A stretch of DNA of 64,000 bases from an uncultured Candidatus Rokubacteria bacterium (GCA_963747235.1 CAVVEU010000013.1:192001-256000); one strand, 5' to 3'; positions 52,269 through 62,472 are shown, counted from the first letter of the stretch. A program made the numbers and translations. The notes: generated by a model from the letters alone, not told the origin.

Positions 52269-53594
52269 ATGCTGAGCCGCGAGGACAACGAGCTCCTGAC
52301 CAGGACCGGGCCGGGCACCGCGATGGGCGACCTGATCCGCCGGTACTGGATCCCGGTGGTGGAATCGAAGGAGCTCGAGCCGGGCGGGCGGGTGAAGCGC
52401 GTGATGCTGCTCGGCGAGCGGCTCATCGTCTTCCGCGGCCGGAGCGGCCGGACCGGCCTCATCGGGGAGTTCTGCCCGCATCGCGGGGCCTCGTTCTACT
52501 ACGGGCGCGTCGAGGAGAACGGGATGCGCTGCGCCTATCACGGCTGGAAGTTCGGCCTCGACGGCCAGTGCCAGGAGATGCCGAGCGAGCCGCCCGAGTC
52601 GAGCTTCGCGGGCAAGGTGAAGCACGCCGCGTACCCGTGCCAGGAGAAGGGCGGGGTGGTCTGGGCCTACATGGGGCCGGCCAGCCCGGCCCCGCCGCTG
52701 CCCGAGCTCGAGTTCACGCTGCTGCCCGCGGGCCACACGTTCATCTCGCGCCGCGTGCAGGACTGCAACTGGTTCCAGGCCATGGAGGGCGGCATCGACT
52801 CGAGCCACATCTCGTTCCTCCACGCGCCGATCGACCACCGCAACAGCGAGGTCACTCAGGACATGGACCGGGTGAGCTTCGGGGTGGGCGCGGCGGTCTC
52901 GACGGGCGACCGCGCGCCGCGCTTCGAGGTGGCCGACACGGATTATGGTGTCGTCATCGGCGCGCGCCGGGCGAATCCGGACGGCCGCTGGTACTGGCGC
53001 ATCACCCAGTTCCTGCTGCCGTTCTACACGATGCCGCCCACCGACCTCGACGAGCGCATCGTGCAGTCGCACATCTGGGTGCCGATGGACGACACGCACT
53101 CGGTCAACTGGATGGTGACGTGGCATCCCGACCGCAAGCTGACCGGCGAGGAGATCCGGCTCAACATCGAGGGCAAGGGCGCGCACGTCTGCGACTACGC
53201 GCCGGCCACCTCGGAGCCCTACGGCGACGTGCGCACCGCGGCCAACCGGGACAACGACTACTTCATGGACTGGGAGATCCACCGCACGCGGATGTACTGC
53301 GGCATCCCGGGCTTCGGCGTCCAGGACCAGGCCGTGCAGGAGAGCCAGGGCGACATCGTGGACCGCAGCCAGGAGCGCCTGGGCTCGAGCGATACCGCGA
53401 TCATCCAGGTGCGCCGGCGCATGATGACGGCGGCCCGCGCGCTGCGCGATCACGGCACCCCCGCGCCCGGCGCCAACCCGGGCTCCTTCCTCGTCCGGTC
53501 CACCTCCGTCGTGCTGGCTCCGGGCGAGAGCTGGATCGAGGGCGCCATGGCGAAGATGGTGGTGAGGGCGGGCGACCAGCTCACGCTCGCCTGA
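52269..53594 (+). CDS. Rieske non-heme iron oxygenase alpha subunit (phthalate 4,5-dioxygenase/LigX-like)
   Basis: CPHRG...CAYHG Rieske motif; [13 protein letters not shown]; QDQAVQES. Confidence 0.92.
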   Translation: MLSREDNELLTRTGPGTAMGDLIRRYWIPVVESKELEPGGRVKRVMLLGERLIVFRGRSGRTGLIGEFCPHRGASFYYGRVEENGMRCAYHGWKFGLDGQCQEMPSEPPESSFAGKVKHAAYPCQEKGGVVWAYMGPASPAPPLPELEFTLLPAGHTFISRRVQDCNWFQAMEGGIDSSHISFLHAPIDHRNSEVTQDMDRVSFGVGAAVSTGDRAPRFEVADTDYGVVIGARRANPDGRWYWRITQFLLPFYTMPPTDLDERIVQSHIWVPMDDTHSVNWMVTWHPDRKLTGEEIRLNIEGKGAHVCDYAPATSEPYGDVRTAANRDNDYFMDWEIHRTRMYCGIPGFGVQDQAVQESQGDIVDRSQERLGSSDTAIIQVRRRMMTAARALRDHGTPAPGANPGSFLVRSTSVVLAPGESWIEGAMAKMVVRAGDQLTLA

Positions 53595-54373
53595 TGCCGG
53601 GCCGGATGGCCGGCCGCGTGGCCCTCGTCACCGGCGGCGGCGGAGGTATCGGAGAGGCGACCGGCCGGCTGTTCGCGGAGGAAGGCGCCGCGGTCGCATT
53701 GCTCGACACGGACGCGGCCGCGGTGGAGGCGGCCGGCCGCGGGGATCCAGGCCGCGGTACCGGGCGCGCGGGTCGATGGCCCTCACCGGTGACGTCACCC
53801 GGGAGAGCGGAGGCCCGGCGGATCGTCGACGAGACGGTGGCCCGCTGGGGCGCGCTCCACACCCTGGTCAACGTCGCGGGCGTGCGCGTCTACGCGCCGC
53901 TGGCCGACGCGGACGCGACGGACTGGGAGCGCATCATCGGGGTCAACGTGCTCGGCACCGCCCACTGCTGCAAGGCCGCGCTGCCGCGGCTGCGCGCGTC
54001 GGGGCGCGGCACCATCGTCAACGTCTCGTCGGTCTACGGGGTCATGGGCCGGATCGGCATGGGCCAGTACGACACCACCAAGGCGGCGGTGCTCGGCTTC
54101 ACGCGCGCTCTGGCGGTGGAGGAAGCCCCGCACCGCATCCGGGTCAACGCGGTGTGCCCGGGCGGCACCATCACGCCCTATCACATCCGCCGCGCGGCGG
54201 CGCGCGGAGTCTCCGAGGCGGAGATGCGCACCCAGCGCGCGGGCGACAACCTGCTCGGCCGCTGGGCGGAGCCGCGCGAGGTGGCGTACCCGATCCTGTT
54301 CCTCGCCGGGGACGAATCGTCCTTCGTCACGGGCGCCACCCTGATGGTGGACGCCGGCCGCTCCATCTTGTGA
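53594..54373 (+). CDS. Short-chain dehydrogenase/reductase (local frameshifts)
   Basis: [26 protein letters not shown]. Confidence 0.9.
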   Translation: MPGRMAGRVALVTGGGGGIGEATGRLFAEEGAAVALLDTDAAAVEAAGRGDPGRGTGRAGRWPSPVTSPGRAEARRIVDETVARWGALHTLVNVAGVRVYAPLADADATDWERIIGVNVLGTAHCCKAALPRLRASGRGTIVNVSSVYGVMGRIGMGQYDTTKAAVLGFTRALAVEEAPHRIRVNAVCPGGTITPYHIRRAAARGVSEAEMRTQRAGDNLLGRWAEPREVAYPILFLAGDESSFVTGATLMVDAGRSIL

Positions 54374-55519
54374 CGTCGCCCGGCGCGGCGGCGCGCCTGC
54401 TCTCGGTGGACGCGCTGCGCGGGCTCACGGTGGCCGCGATGGTGCTGGTGAACAATCCGGGCACGTGGAGCGCGGTGTACGCGCCGCTGCAGCACGCGGC
54501 CTGGCACGGGTGGACGCCGACCGACATGGTCTTCCCGTTCTTCCTCTTCGTGGTCGGCGTCTCCATCCCGCTGGCCCTGGGCCCGCCGCTCGAGCGCGGG
54601 GCGGGGGGCTGTCCGTGCGCGTCGTCCGGCGTGCCGCGGTGATCTTCGCGCTGGGCCTGCTGCTCCACGCGCTGCCCTTCTTTCCGCTCGCCGAGCTCCG
54701 CATCCCGGGGGTGCTCCAGCGCATCGCGGTCTGCTACCTGCTGGCCGCGCTGCTCGTCCTGGCCACCGGCGGCGCGCGGGGCTGGCGGGCCCAGGGGATC
54801 GTCGCGGGCGCGCTGCTGGTGGGCTACTGGCTCGTGATGACGCGGGTCGCCGCGCCCGGCCACGTGGCCGGCGATCTGAGCCCCGAGGGCAATCTCTCCG
54901 GCTACGTGGATCGGCTCGTCCTCGGGACGCGGCACATCTGGCAGGCCACGCGGGTCTACGATCCCGAGGGGATGCTCAGCACGCTGCCCGCCACCGCGAC
55001 CACGCTCCTGGGCGTGCTGGCCGGCCACTGGCTGCGCGCCGGGCAATCGGGCGACCCGGCCTGGCGCGCGGCCCAGCATATCGATCGTCGGCGGGCTCGC
55101 CGTGGCGCGGGCTCGCCGCGACGGCGCTCGGCTGGCTCTGGGGCCTCTCGTTCCCGGTGAACAAGCCCCTGTGGACCAGCTCGTACGCGCTGCTGATGGC
55201 GGGGCTGGCCGCGCTCGCGCTGGCCGCCTGCCACTGGACGATCGAGGTGCGCGGGCGGCGCGGCTGGGCCGGGCCCTTCGCGGTGCTGGGCGTGCACGCG
55301 CTCACGCTGTTCTTCCTGTCGAGCCTGATGGCGAAGCTCCTGTTCATCGTCCGGGTGGGCGCCGGCGGCCCGCGACTCCAGACGTGGCTCTTCGAGCACG
55401 TCTTCGCGCCCTGGGCCGCGCCCGTCAACGCGTCGCTGGCCTACGCGCTGGTGTACGTGCTGCTGTGGTGGGCGCTCATGTGGGCGCTCGACCGGAGCGG
55501 GCTGCGCCTGCGGGTCTGA
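54370..55519 (+). CDS. Heparan-alpha-glucosaminide N-acetyltransferase/NagX-like membrane protein (frameshifted)
   Basis: [57 protein letters not shown]. Confidence 0.9.
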
Positions 55520-56123
55520 CGAGCGGCGGCCGGGCGCGGCTCACGAACGGGTTGCCGCGCAGCCAGAAGCGCCACGGCCGCGCGACCCAGTCCTCCGCGT
55601 AGTCGATGCCGACGCGCGGGCCGGCCGCGATCGCGGCCGGCGAGACGCGGCGGCCCGCCTCGAGCCAGATCCGGTCGCCCAGCAGGTCGGCGCGGTCGAG
55701 GCGGCGGTCGATGCCGAGCGCGATGCAGAGCTTGCCCGGGCCGCTGGTGAGCTCGCCGGGCGCCACGCCGCCGCGCCGGCGGCGCATCAGGTCCACGCCC
55801 TCGACCGGCTCCAGCGCGCGCACCAGCACCGCGTGGGGCACGTCCGCGACATTGGTCACCACGTTGAACTGGTGGTACATGCCGTACACGAAGTAGACGT
55901 ACGCGGTTCCGCCGCGCGCGTACATCGTCTCGGTGCGGCGGGTGCGCCGGCCGCCGTAGGCGTGGGAGGCGCGGTCCTCCGGGCCCCGGTAGGCCTCGGT
56001 CTCCACGATGATCCCGGACACGCGCCGCCCGCCGCGCGTGCGGGCCACCAGGAGCGTGCCCAGAAGTCGCCGGGCGACCGCCACCACGTCGGCGCGCGTG
56101 TAGAACGCGCGCGCCAGCTTCAC
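55476..56123 (-). CDS. mpg: DNA-3-methyladenine glycosylase (MPG/AAG family)
   Basis: GIIVETEAY, DRASHA, AYVYFVYGMY, AVLVRALEP, GPGKLC, GPRVGI, PWRF. Confidence 0.93.
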   Translation of the reverse strand: MKLARAFYTRADVVAVARRLLGTLLVARTRGGRRVSGIIVETEAYRGPEDRASHAYGGRRTRRTETMYARGGTAYVYFVYGMYHQFNVVTNVADVPHAVLVRALEPVEGVDLMRRRRGGVAPGELTSGPGKLCIALGIDRRLDRADLLGDRIWLEAGRRVSPAAIAAGPRVGIDYAEDWVARPWRFWLRGNPFVSRARPPLVRPAGAARSGRAPT

Positions 56124-58132
56124 GGCTTCCGCGCGGAGCGGGCCGCGCCCGCCGCGATCGGGAAGAGACGGTTCTCGCGCATGAGGCGGTCGGTGGTCTC
56201 GTAGAGCGCGAGGAACTCGCGGGTGAGCCGGCTCGCGACCTCCGGGTGCTCGCGGGAGAGATCGGCGGGCGGCATCGCGTCGCCGTCCACCGCGAGCAGC
56301 TCGCCCTGGCCCGCGTTCAGCCGGTAGCGCAGCGCGAAGCCGTCCTTGAAGTAGAACGTCTCCTTCGTGTCGCCGCTGATGATCCCGGCGGTGACCGGGG
56401 GCTCGAAGAGGCTCCGCCCCATGCCCGCGTAGGCGCGGTCGCCCTCGAGCAGCGAGGCGATCGTGGGCAGCACGTCCACCTCGCTCGCGGTCCGGTCCGG
56501 GAGCGCGGGCCAGCGGGCGCGCGCCCGCGCGATCGGGGGCCCCGCCAGGATCAGCGGGAGGCGGAGCCGCTCGAGCCGCTGGGTGCCGAACGTGGGCCCG
56601 GTGTGATCGCCGATGACGACCAGCAGGGTCTGATCGAAGTCGGGCCGCGTCGCCCGCAGCCGGTCCACGAACGCGCGAATGCTGTCGTCGGTGTAGCGGA
56701 AGGTGCCGAGCGGGCCATCGCCGAGCGGCATGGGCGCCTCGGGGGGCACGTGCCACGGCGAATGGCTCGTCCCGGTCATCACGTAGAGGCTGAAGGGCCC
56801 CGGGCTCGCGGTCACCACCCGCGCCGCCTCCAGGAGCAGCGGGCCGTCGTTGATGCCCAGCGGCCCCATCGCGGCCGGTCCGAGCGGCGCCTCGAGCGCG
56901 TCGAAGCCGGCGGCGCGGAAGCCCAGGTTGCGCAGGAAGCTCGTGATCTCGGCGGTGCGGTGGCGGAAGCCGGAGAAGGCGTAGTGCCGGGTTCCGGGCG
57001 CGTTCAGCAGGCGCGGCAGGGAGGCGAAGTAGGTGCCCATGACCGACTGGGAGAGCCGCACGCCGCTGCCGCCCAGGGCGTGGGTCCAGTGCAGGCTGGT
57101 GAGCGTCGCGAAGACCGCGCCGTCCGTGGACGGGAAGCTCTGGTACACCCGCGGGAAGTAGAGGCCCTCGGCCGCGAGCGAGCGGAGGAACGGCAGGACC
57201 GGCCCCTGCGGCTCGTCGTGCTCGAGGAGCGTGGCGCCGAGTCCCTCGACCTGGATCACCACCACGTTCCGGATCCCGAGGCCGCCGGTCCCGCGCAGCG
57301 TGCGCAGGAGCGGATACGGCCGATCGCCCTCGGGGATGCCGAGCAGCCGCTGGGCGAGCGGGAGGGCGTCCGCGGTCTCGAGCCGGTACGGCGGGCGCCC
57401 GCCCGCCATCGCCACCGGCAGGTACTCGCGGATCAGGTCCCAGAGCGGGTTGACCACGGCCTGGTTGAGCACGTAGTCGTCCAGCGCCATCTGGTGGCGG
57501 CTCGCGATCCACGCCATCTCGGTCTTGGCCCGGCCGCCCACCTGCTTGACCGTGATCGGCTGCGCCATCGCGAGCGCGCACAGCGTGAGGGCGCCCAGCG
57601 CGAGGGCGGGGACGTACCAGGGGCGCCAGAGATCGTAGCGGTGAGCGCCGAGCCGCCGGACGTGGCGGGCCGCGAGCGTGACGAAGCTCGCCAGGACGAG
57701 GATCACCAGGGCGACCAGCAGGGGATGCTCCCGGAGGAAGGGACGCAGCGCGATCCAGATGTCGCGGGGCTCGGCCAGGTACGCGAAGAGCATCTCCCAG
57801 AGGTGCTGGTTGCGCTCGCGGACGAAGAGGAGATTGACCGCCGCCACGGTCGCGTTGATCGTGGTGATCACCCAGAGGCCCCCGACCACGGCGCGGCCGC
57901 GCGCGTGCCGCGTGAGCAGCGTGAGGCCGCCGAGGACGAGCAGCTCGAGGCCCAGGAGCGCCAGGTCCAGGCGGAGCCCATGGAGCAGCACGGTGGGCAC
58001 CTCGCCCCACGCGGCGCGCCGGGCGAACCAGGCCACGAACAGGAGGCGGTAGGCGGCCAGGAGGACGAGGTTGAGCGCGACCAGGCCGAGGGCGTGGGCG
58101 GCCAGCCGGCCGGCGCGGGACCCGTCGCTCAT
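56120..58132 (-). CDS. LTA synthase/OpgB-type membrane phosphoglycerol-transferase (sulfatase fold)
   Basis: About 5 N-terminal TM helices, then NVVVIQVEGL (metal Glu), FPSTDG (Thr nucleophile), GTSHSPW, FRYTD, VIGDH, SEVDVLPTI, GMGRSL. Confidence 0.85.
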   Translation of the reverse strand: MSDGSRAGRLAAHALGLVALNLVLLAAYRLLFVAWFARRAAWGEVPTVLLHGLRLDLALLGLELLVLGGLTLLTRHARGRAVVGGLWVITTINATVAAVNLLFVRERNQHLWEMLFAYLAEPRDIWIALRPFLREHPLLVALVILVLASFVTLAARHVRRLGAHRYDLWRPWYVPALALGALTLCALAMAQPITVKQVGGRAKTEMAWIASRHQMALDDYVLNQAVVNPLWDLIREYLPVAMAGGRPPYRLETADALPLAQRLLGIPEGDRPYPLLRTLRGTGGLGIRNVVVIQVEGLGATLLEHDEPQGPVLPFLRSLAAEGLYFPRVYQSFPSTDGAVFATLTSLHWTHALGGSGVRLSQSVMGTYFASLPRLLNAPGTRHYAFSGFRHRTAEITSFLRNLGFRAAGFDALEAPLGPAAMGPLGINDGPLLLEAARVVTASPGPFSLYVMTGTSHSPWHVPPEAPMPLGDGPLGTFRYTDDSIRAFVDRLRATRPDFDQTLLVVIGDHTGPTFGTQRLERLRLPLILAGPPIARARARWPALPDRTASEVDVLPTIASLLEGDRAYAGMGRSLFEPPVTAGIISGDTKETFYFKDGFALRYRLNAGQGELLAVDGDAMPPADLSREHPEVASRLTREFLALYETTDRLMRENRLFPIAAGAARSARKP

Positions 58133-59520
58133 CGAACGCCGAAGAGGGACAGGAAGAACTCCACCCGCTGCCCGAAGGTGGCGGCACTCGCGTCCGCCCA
58201 GATGCTGATCAAGGCGAAGAAGGTCCACACGCCGGCGATCTGCCGGGTCCGCGTCGGCATCGAGACGGGCGTGGCCGCTGCCGCGGCGCCCCGCCGCTGC
58301 TGCTCGCGCCGCATCGAGACGTAGATGCCCAGGCTCAGCAGCAGGCAGTAGAACGAGCGGGCCTCCAGCCAGGGGCGGAGCCCGGCCAGGTCGAGGGTCA
58401 GCAGGAAGGTGTCGTTGAACACGATGTGGTAGTAGAGGTTGCCGAGCCCGGCGGCGGCGAGGGTCGCGGCCAGCATGCGCAGGGCAGGCCGTCCGCGGAA
58501 GCAACGCACGTACGTCGGGAAGAAGAAGAAGTCCACCAGCATCTCCTTGAAATAGTAGTAGTAGCGATTCCAGAACTCGACCAGCGACGGCGCCAGGAGC
58601 GGCTTGTAGGTGTTCCGGAAGACGTTGAAGCCGAAGAGCCGGAGGACGCCCACGACCTCGTGGCCCCGCGCGGCCAGCTTCAGCACGTCCCACACGAGCC
58701 CGGCGTAGAGCGCGCTCCACGCCGCGGCCCACGGGGCCCGCGCGCCCGCGGGCAGGAGCGCTTCGACGCGCGGCACTCCGAGCCCGTACACGCTCCAGGC
58801 CCCCCGCGGCTCCGCGTAGACCAGCCCGGCCATCAGCGCGAGGAGACCGTGGTAGATCGCGGCCAGGGCCAGGAGCTTGAGGCCGGCGAGCTGCGAGCGA
58901 GCGAGGGCCTCCTCGCTCGTGGCCTCGTGCCGCGCCAGATGATCGAGCCCCTTGCCGTAGGGCACGCCGGTGCCGCCGTAGGCGGGATAGAGGTAGAGCA
59001 GATGATCGGAGAAACGGGTGCCCGCCATGCGCCCACGCTGGCCGGAGAGAAGGAGATAGCCCATCCGCCAGAGCAGGAAGGCCAGCGCCAGCACCAGGCC
59101 CGAGAGCGTGAGGGCGACCACGCCTGCACCGTCGGGGACGAGCCAACCCAGGACCACGATCGCCCAGAAGCCGCCGTGCAGCCAGAGCTGGGGCCGGCCG
59201 CGCACGATCGCGGGTAGCGAGGCGAAGCGGCGCGCGGCCAGGTAGACGGCCGCGACCACGACGAGGCAGAGCAGCACGACCAGGGCGCCGGCGAGCGGGC
59301 CGGCCGGGGCCCGCACATCCACCGCGGGAGCCATCTCCTTGAGGGGGCGCCGCACCACCACGTAGAGGGCGCCCAGGGCGAGCAGAGCACGGCGCCGCGG
59401 GGGCGTCAGGCGGGAGAGCAGCGGCCCGGTCCAGGCCTGCCAGCGCGCGACGACGGCGGGGTCCTCGTGGAGTTGCCTCAGTCGTCGCGCCGTTCCCGAG
59501 AAGCCCGCCGCGAGACTCAC
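58129..59520 (-). CDS. MBOAT-family membrane-bound O-acyltransferase (DltB/AlgI-like, divergent)
   Basis: Multi-TM; LRLFGFNVFRNTYKPLLAPSLVEFWNRYYYYFKE (MBOAT GxxxxxNxxxPxxAxSxxEFWxR motif); candidate catalytic His in GNLYYH. Confidence 0.78.
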   Translation of the reverse strand: MSLAAGFSGTARRLRQLHEDPAVVARWQAWTGPLLSRLTPPRRRALLALGALYVVVRRPLKEMAPAVDVRAPAGPLAGALVVLLCLVVVAAVYLAARRFASLPAIVRGRPQLWLHGGFWAIVVLGWLVPDGAGVVALTLSGLVLALAFLLWRMGYLLLSGQRGRMAGTRFSDHLLYLYPAYGGTGVPYGKGLDHLARHEATSEEALARSQLAGLKLLALAAIYHGLLALMAGLVYAEPRGAWSVYGLGVPRVEALLPAGARAPWAAAWSALYAGLVWDVLKLAARGHEVVGVLRLFGFNVFRNTYKPLLAPSLVEFWNRYYYYFKEMLVDFFFFPTYVRCFRGRPALRMLAATLAAAGLGNLYYHIVFNDTFLLTLDLAGLRPWLEARSFYCLLLSLGIYVSMRREQQRRGAAAAATPVSMPTRTRQIAGVWTFFALISIWADASAATFGQRVEFFLSLFGVR

Positions 59521-59768
59521 CCGGCCTCCCGCTCGATCAGGTCGAGGATGCCGCTCACCGAGGTGAGCTGCTCCGGCTCGAGCCCGATGGCCGCGAAGTC
59601 GATCCGGTACTGCTCCTCGAGAAAGGCCACGATCTCGAGCAGGGCCAGGGAATCGATCAGCCCGCTCTCCACGAGGCTGTCGGTCTCCGCGACCGTGTCG
59701 AGCGGCCGGTCGGGCTTCTGGATGGTGCGCAGGAACTCGAGCACGCGCTCCCGGTGGCGCTGGCGCAC
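59517..59768 (-). CDS. Acyl carrier protein (DltC-like)
   Basis: 83 aa, acidic; phosphopantetheine site in SGLIDSLALLEIVAFLEEQYRI. Confidence 0.88.
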   Translation of the reverse strand: MRQRHRERVLEFLRTIQKPDRPLDTVAETDSLVESGLIDSLALLEIVAFLEEQYRIDFAAIGLEPEQLTSVSGILDLIEREAG

Positions 59769-61289
59769 TCAGCGCCCCTGCAGGATGCGGGTGAGATCGA
59801 GCGGCGGGCGGCCCGCGCAGGCCTCCCGCACCGCCTCGCGGCTCACCTTGCCGCGCTCGGAGCGCGGGATCGCGTCCACCAGCCACCACCGCGCGGGCAG
59901 CTTGCCCTCGGCGAGCCGCTCGCGGATCCAGCCGTAGACCTCGCGCACCGCCGCGTCGTCGGGCTCCGTGAGCGCCACCGCGAGGCCCACGTTCTGGCCG
60001 TAGAGCGGATCGTCCACCGCGAAGGCGCAGACGTCGGCGACGCGTCGGCAGCCCTCGGCGGCCGCGTCCACCTCGGCGGGGGAGATCTTGAGGCCGCCCT
60101 TGTTGATCTCGTCGCGCTCGCGGCCGCGCAGATGGAGCCAGCCGCGCTCGTCGAGCAGGCCCAGGTCCCCGGTGGCGAAGCGGCCGTGCTGGATCGCCCG
60201 CCGCGTCAGCTCGTCCTGCCCGAGGTAGCCGCGCATGAGCGCCGGGCTCTCGATCCACACCTGGCCGACCTCGCCCGCCGCGCACGGCGTCGCGTCGGCG
60301 CGCCGCACGTGCAGGATCGCGCCCCACGGCGGGCCGATGAGCCCGTCCGCCGGCGTGAACGGGCCGTCCGAGGTGCCGGCCACCCAGCTCCCGGTCTCGG
60401 TGAGCCCGTAGGTGTTGAAGACCTCCGGCGTGCCCGCCCAGCCGCGGACGCTCTCCCACAGGGTGGCGGGCAGGGGCGCCGAGCCGCAGTGGACGCGCCG
60501 GAGCGTGCCGCCGCGCGGCGGGCGGGCCACCCGGAGCGCGAGCCGCCACATCGCGGGGACCGAGGAGAGGAAGGTGATCCGGTGCTCGTCGATGATCGCG
60601 CCCAGGCGGAGCAGCAGATCGGGCCGGAAGGGCGGCGTGATGAAGAGATCCTGGCCGGCGAGCCAGGGGAAGAGGCTGTTGCAGATGAGCCCGTGGCCGA
60701 AGTGGGTCGGCAGCAGGCACAGCGTGCGGGCGTAGGCCGCGAGGCCGAGCTCGCGCCGCAGCGCGCTCCACCGGGCGGCCAGCGAGGCGTGGGTGTGCAC
60801 GACGCCCTTGGGCACGCCGCTCGAGCCGGAGGTGAAGAGCACGAGGGCGTCGGACGCAGGGCGCGCCGCGTCCTCCGGCAGATCGGCATGCCGATCGGCG
60901 GGCGGGAGCGGCTCGGTCGCGTCGAGCACCGTCGCCCCGGGCGGGAGCGCCCGGGCGATCGCGCCGGCGGTGGCGTCGTCCACCACCGAGAAGCGGGGCG
61001 CGACGGTCTCCACGAGGCGCTCGAGCTCGACGCGGGTCAGCGTCCCGTCCACCGGCACCGCGACGGCGCCCGATCGCCAGAGGGCCAGGAGCTCGGCGAA
61101 GAACTCGAGCCGGTTGCCGAAGTGCAGCAGCACCCGGTCACCGGGGCGGAGCCCGCGACGCCGGTAGCGGGCGGCCCGGGCCGAGACCTCGCGCGTCACG
61201 GCCGGCGCATCCCAGTGCCGACCGGTCAACGGCTCGGTGAGCTGGCCGACGGTCAGCAGGACGCGTGCCTCTTCATGACCGTTTCGCAT
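59769..61289 (-). CDS. Class I adenylate-forming enzyme (acyl-CoA/acyl-ACP ligase)
   Basis: A3 LFTSGSSGVPKG, A4 LPTHFGHG, A5 YGLTETG, A7 TGDLG, A8 GRERDEINKGG, A10 PRSERGK. Confidence 0.92.
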   Translation of the reverse strand: MRNGHEEARVLLTVGQLTEPLTGRHWDAPAVTREVSARAARYRRRGLRPGDRVLLHFGNRLEFFAELLALWRSGAVAVPVDGTLTRVELERLVETVAPRFSVVDDATAGAIARALPPGATVLDATEPLPPADRHADLPEDAARPASDALVLFTSGSSGVPKGVVHTHASLAARWSALRRELGLAAYARTLCLLPTHFGHGLICNSLFPWLAGQDLFITPPFRPDLLLRLGAIIDEHRITFLSSVPAMWRLALRVARPPRGGTLRRVHCGSAPLPATLWESVRGWAGTPEVFNTYGLTETGSWVAGTSDGPFTPADGLIGPPWGAILHVRRADATPCAAGEVGQVWIESPALMRGYLGQDELTRRAIQHGRFATGDLGLLDERGWLHLRGRERDEINKGGLKISPAEVDAAAEGCRRVADVCAFAVDDPLYGQNVGLAVALTEPDDAAVREVYGWIRERLAEGKLPARWWLVDAIPRSERGKVSREAVREACAGRPPLDLTRILQGR

Positions 61290-61405
61290 GATACCGCGAG
61301 GGGCGCGCTGGGGGAAAACACCACGGGCGCGGCCGAGAAGGGGCCGCGCCCGTGATCGACGCCGGCAGAGCTACCCGGCGCCGGCTGCCGCGTCAGGCCG
61401 CCGCG

Positions 61406-61627
61406 CTAGCGTCGCGCTCCCACCACGAGCAGGACCACCCCGCCGGCCAGCGCCAGCCCGCCCAGGATCGGCGGAAGCGGGATCGTGTGCTTCTTGTCGG
61501 CGGTCGCCTTGATGGGGCCGAGATCGATGATCTTCTCCCGCGTGGTGTAGGTGATCCCCTGGTAGGCCAGGGACACCACCCCGATGGCGATCAGCACGAT
61601 GGCGATGATGAGCACTCCGCTCTTCAT
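61406..61627 (-). CDS. Small two-TM membrane protein (DUF3185-like)
   Basis: TM-YQGITYTTREKIIDLGPIKAT...TIPLPP-TM; RBS GAGGA. Confidence 0.8.
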   Translation of the reverse strand: MKSGVLIIAIVLIAIGVVSLAYQGITYTTREKIIDLGPIKATADKKHTIPLPPILGGLALAGGVVLLVVGARR

Positions 61628-61640
61628 ACGATGTCCTCTC

Positions 61641-62243
61641 TCAGAAGCGGGCGGTGAAGCGCCCGGCTTTGCTGTCCTTGTGGCGCTGCTCGACGACTTC
61701 CCAGTTCACGTTCTCGAGGAAGGCCTCGATGTAGTCCTCCCGGCCTCCCGCCCCGTGGTCCACCATGAAGGCGTGCTCGAAGACGTCGAGCACGACGACC
61801 GGATTGAAGCCGGCCGGGTGGCCCTGCTCGTGGCTCGACACCCACCAGTTGAAGAGGCCGCCGGTGGCGGGATCGCGGTAGAGGATCGCCCAGCCGACGC
61901 CGCGCATGCCGCCGGTCTTGGCGAAGTCCTCGCGCCAGGCGCCCACCGAGCCCCAGGCGGCGCCCAGGTCCACCGAGAGATCGCTGCCCGGAGAGAGCTT
62001 GGAGCCCCCGGCGAGGTTGCCGAAGTAGTACTCGTGCAGCACCATGCCGTCGACCTCGAAGCCGAGCCGCCGCTTCAGCTCGGCCCACACCGGGGTGCCG
62101 GGCTCGGCCTTCGCGGCGCCGTCGAGGAGGCCGTTCGCGTTCTTGACGTAGCCCTCGTAGAGCTTCCAGTGCTGGTCGATCTGATCGTCGGAGATGCCCG
62201 TGAGCGCCCTCGGCTTGAGATGATCCTGGACTTTATAGTTCAT
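61641..62243 (-). CDS. Fe/Mn superoxide dismutase family (ChrC-like)
   Basis: QHWKLYEGYV, LHEYYFGNL, GVGWAIL, LDVFEHAF, YIEAFLENVNW. Confidence 0.9.
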   Translation of the reverse strand: MNYKVQDHLKPRALTGISDDQIDQHWKLYEGYVKNANGLLDGAAKAEPGTPVWAELKRRLGFEVDGMVLHEYYFGNLAGGSKLSPGSDLSVDLGAAWGSVGAWREDFAKTGGMRGVGWAILYRDPATGGLFNWWVSSHEQGHPAGFNPVVVLDVFEHAFMVDHGAGGREDYIEAFLENVNWEVVEQRHKDSKAGRFTARF

Positions 62244-62258
62244 GGCGGCGCTCCGTCG

Positions 62259-62408
62259 CTAGATCGGCCGTCGACCCTGGATGACCCGGATCAGGACCAC
62301 CGCGATGGCGATCAGCAGCAAGAGGTGGATGAAGCCGCCGAGCGTGTAAGAAGTGACCAGGCCCACCGCCCAGAGCACCAGCAGGATCACGAAGATCGTC
62401 CACAGCAT
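62259..62408 (-). CDS. lmo0937-family small membrane protein (49 aa)
   Basis: MLWTIFVILLVLWAVGLVTSYTLGGFIHLLLLIAIAVVLIRVIQGRRPI*; RBS GGGAGG; below the ORF-track cutoff. Confidence 0.9.
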   Translation of the reverse strand: MLWTIFVILLVLWAVGLVTSYTLGGFIHLLLLIAIAVVLIRVIQGRRPI

Positions 62409-62472
62409 GTGAGTCGCCCTCCCATGTACCGCGAGTAGGAATTCTCGAGTTCAGTTCGTGCGCGTCTCATAC

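Noticed and set aside
58553-58564. (TAG)4 microsatellite as a phase-variation tract
   Set aside because: It is short, in frame, and encodes YYYY within the MBOAT motif on the minus strand.
59517-61289. Canonical dltA/dltC, or an NRPS/PKS cluster
   Set aside because: The adenylation domain lacks the amino-binding Asp of the A4 motif, and there is no dltD, condensation or ketosynthase gene.
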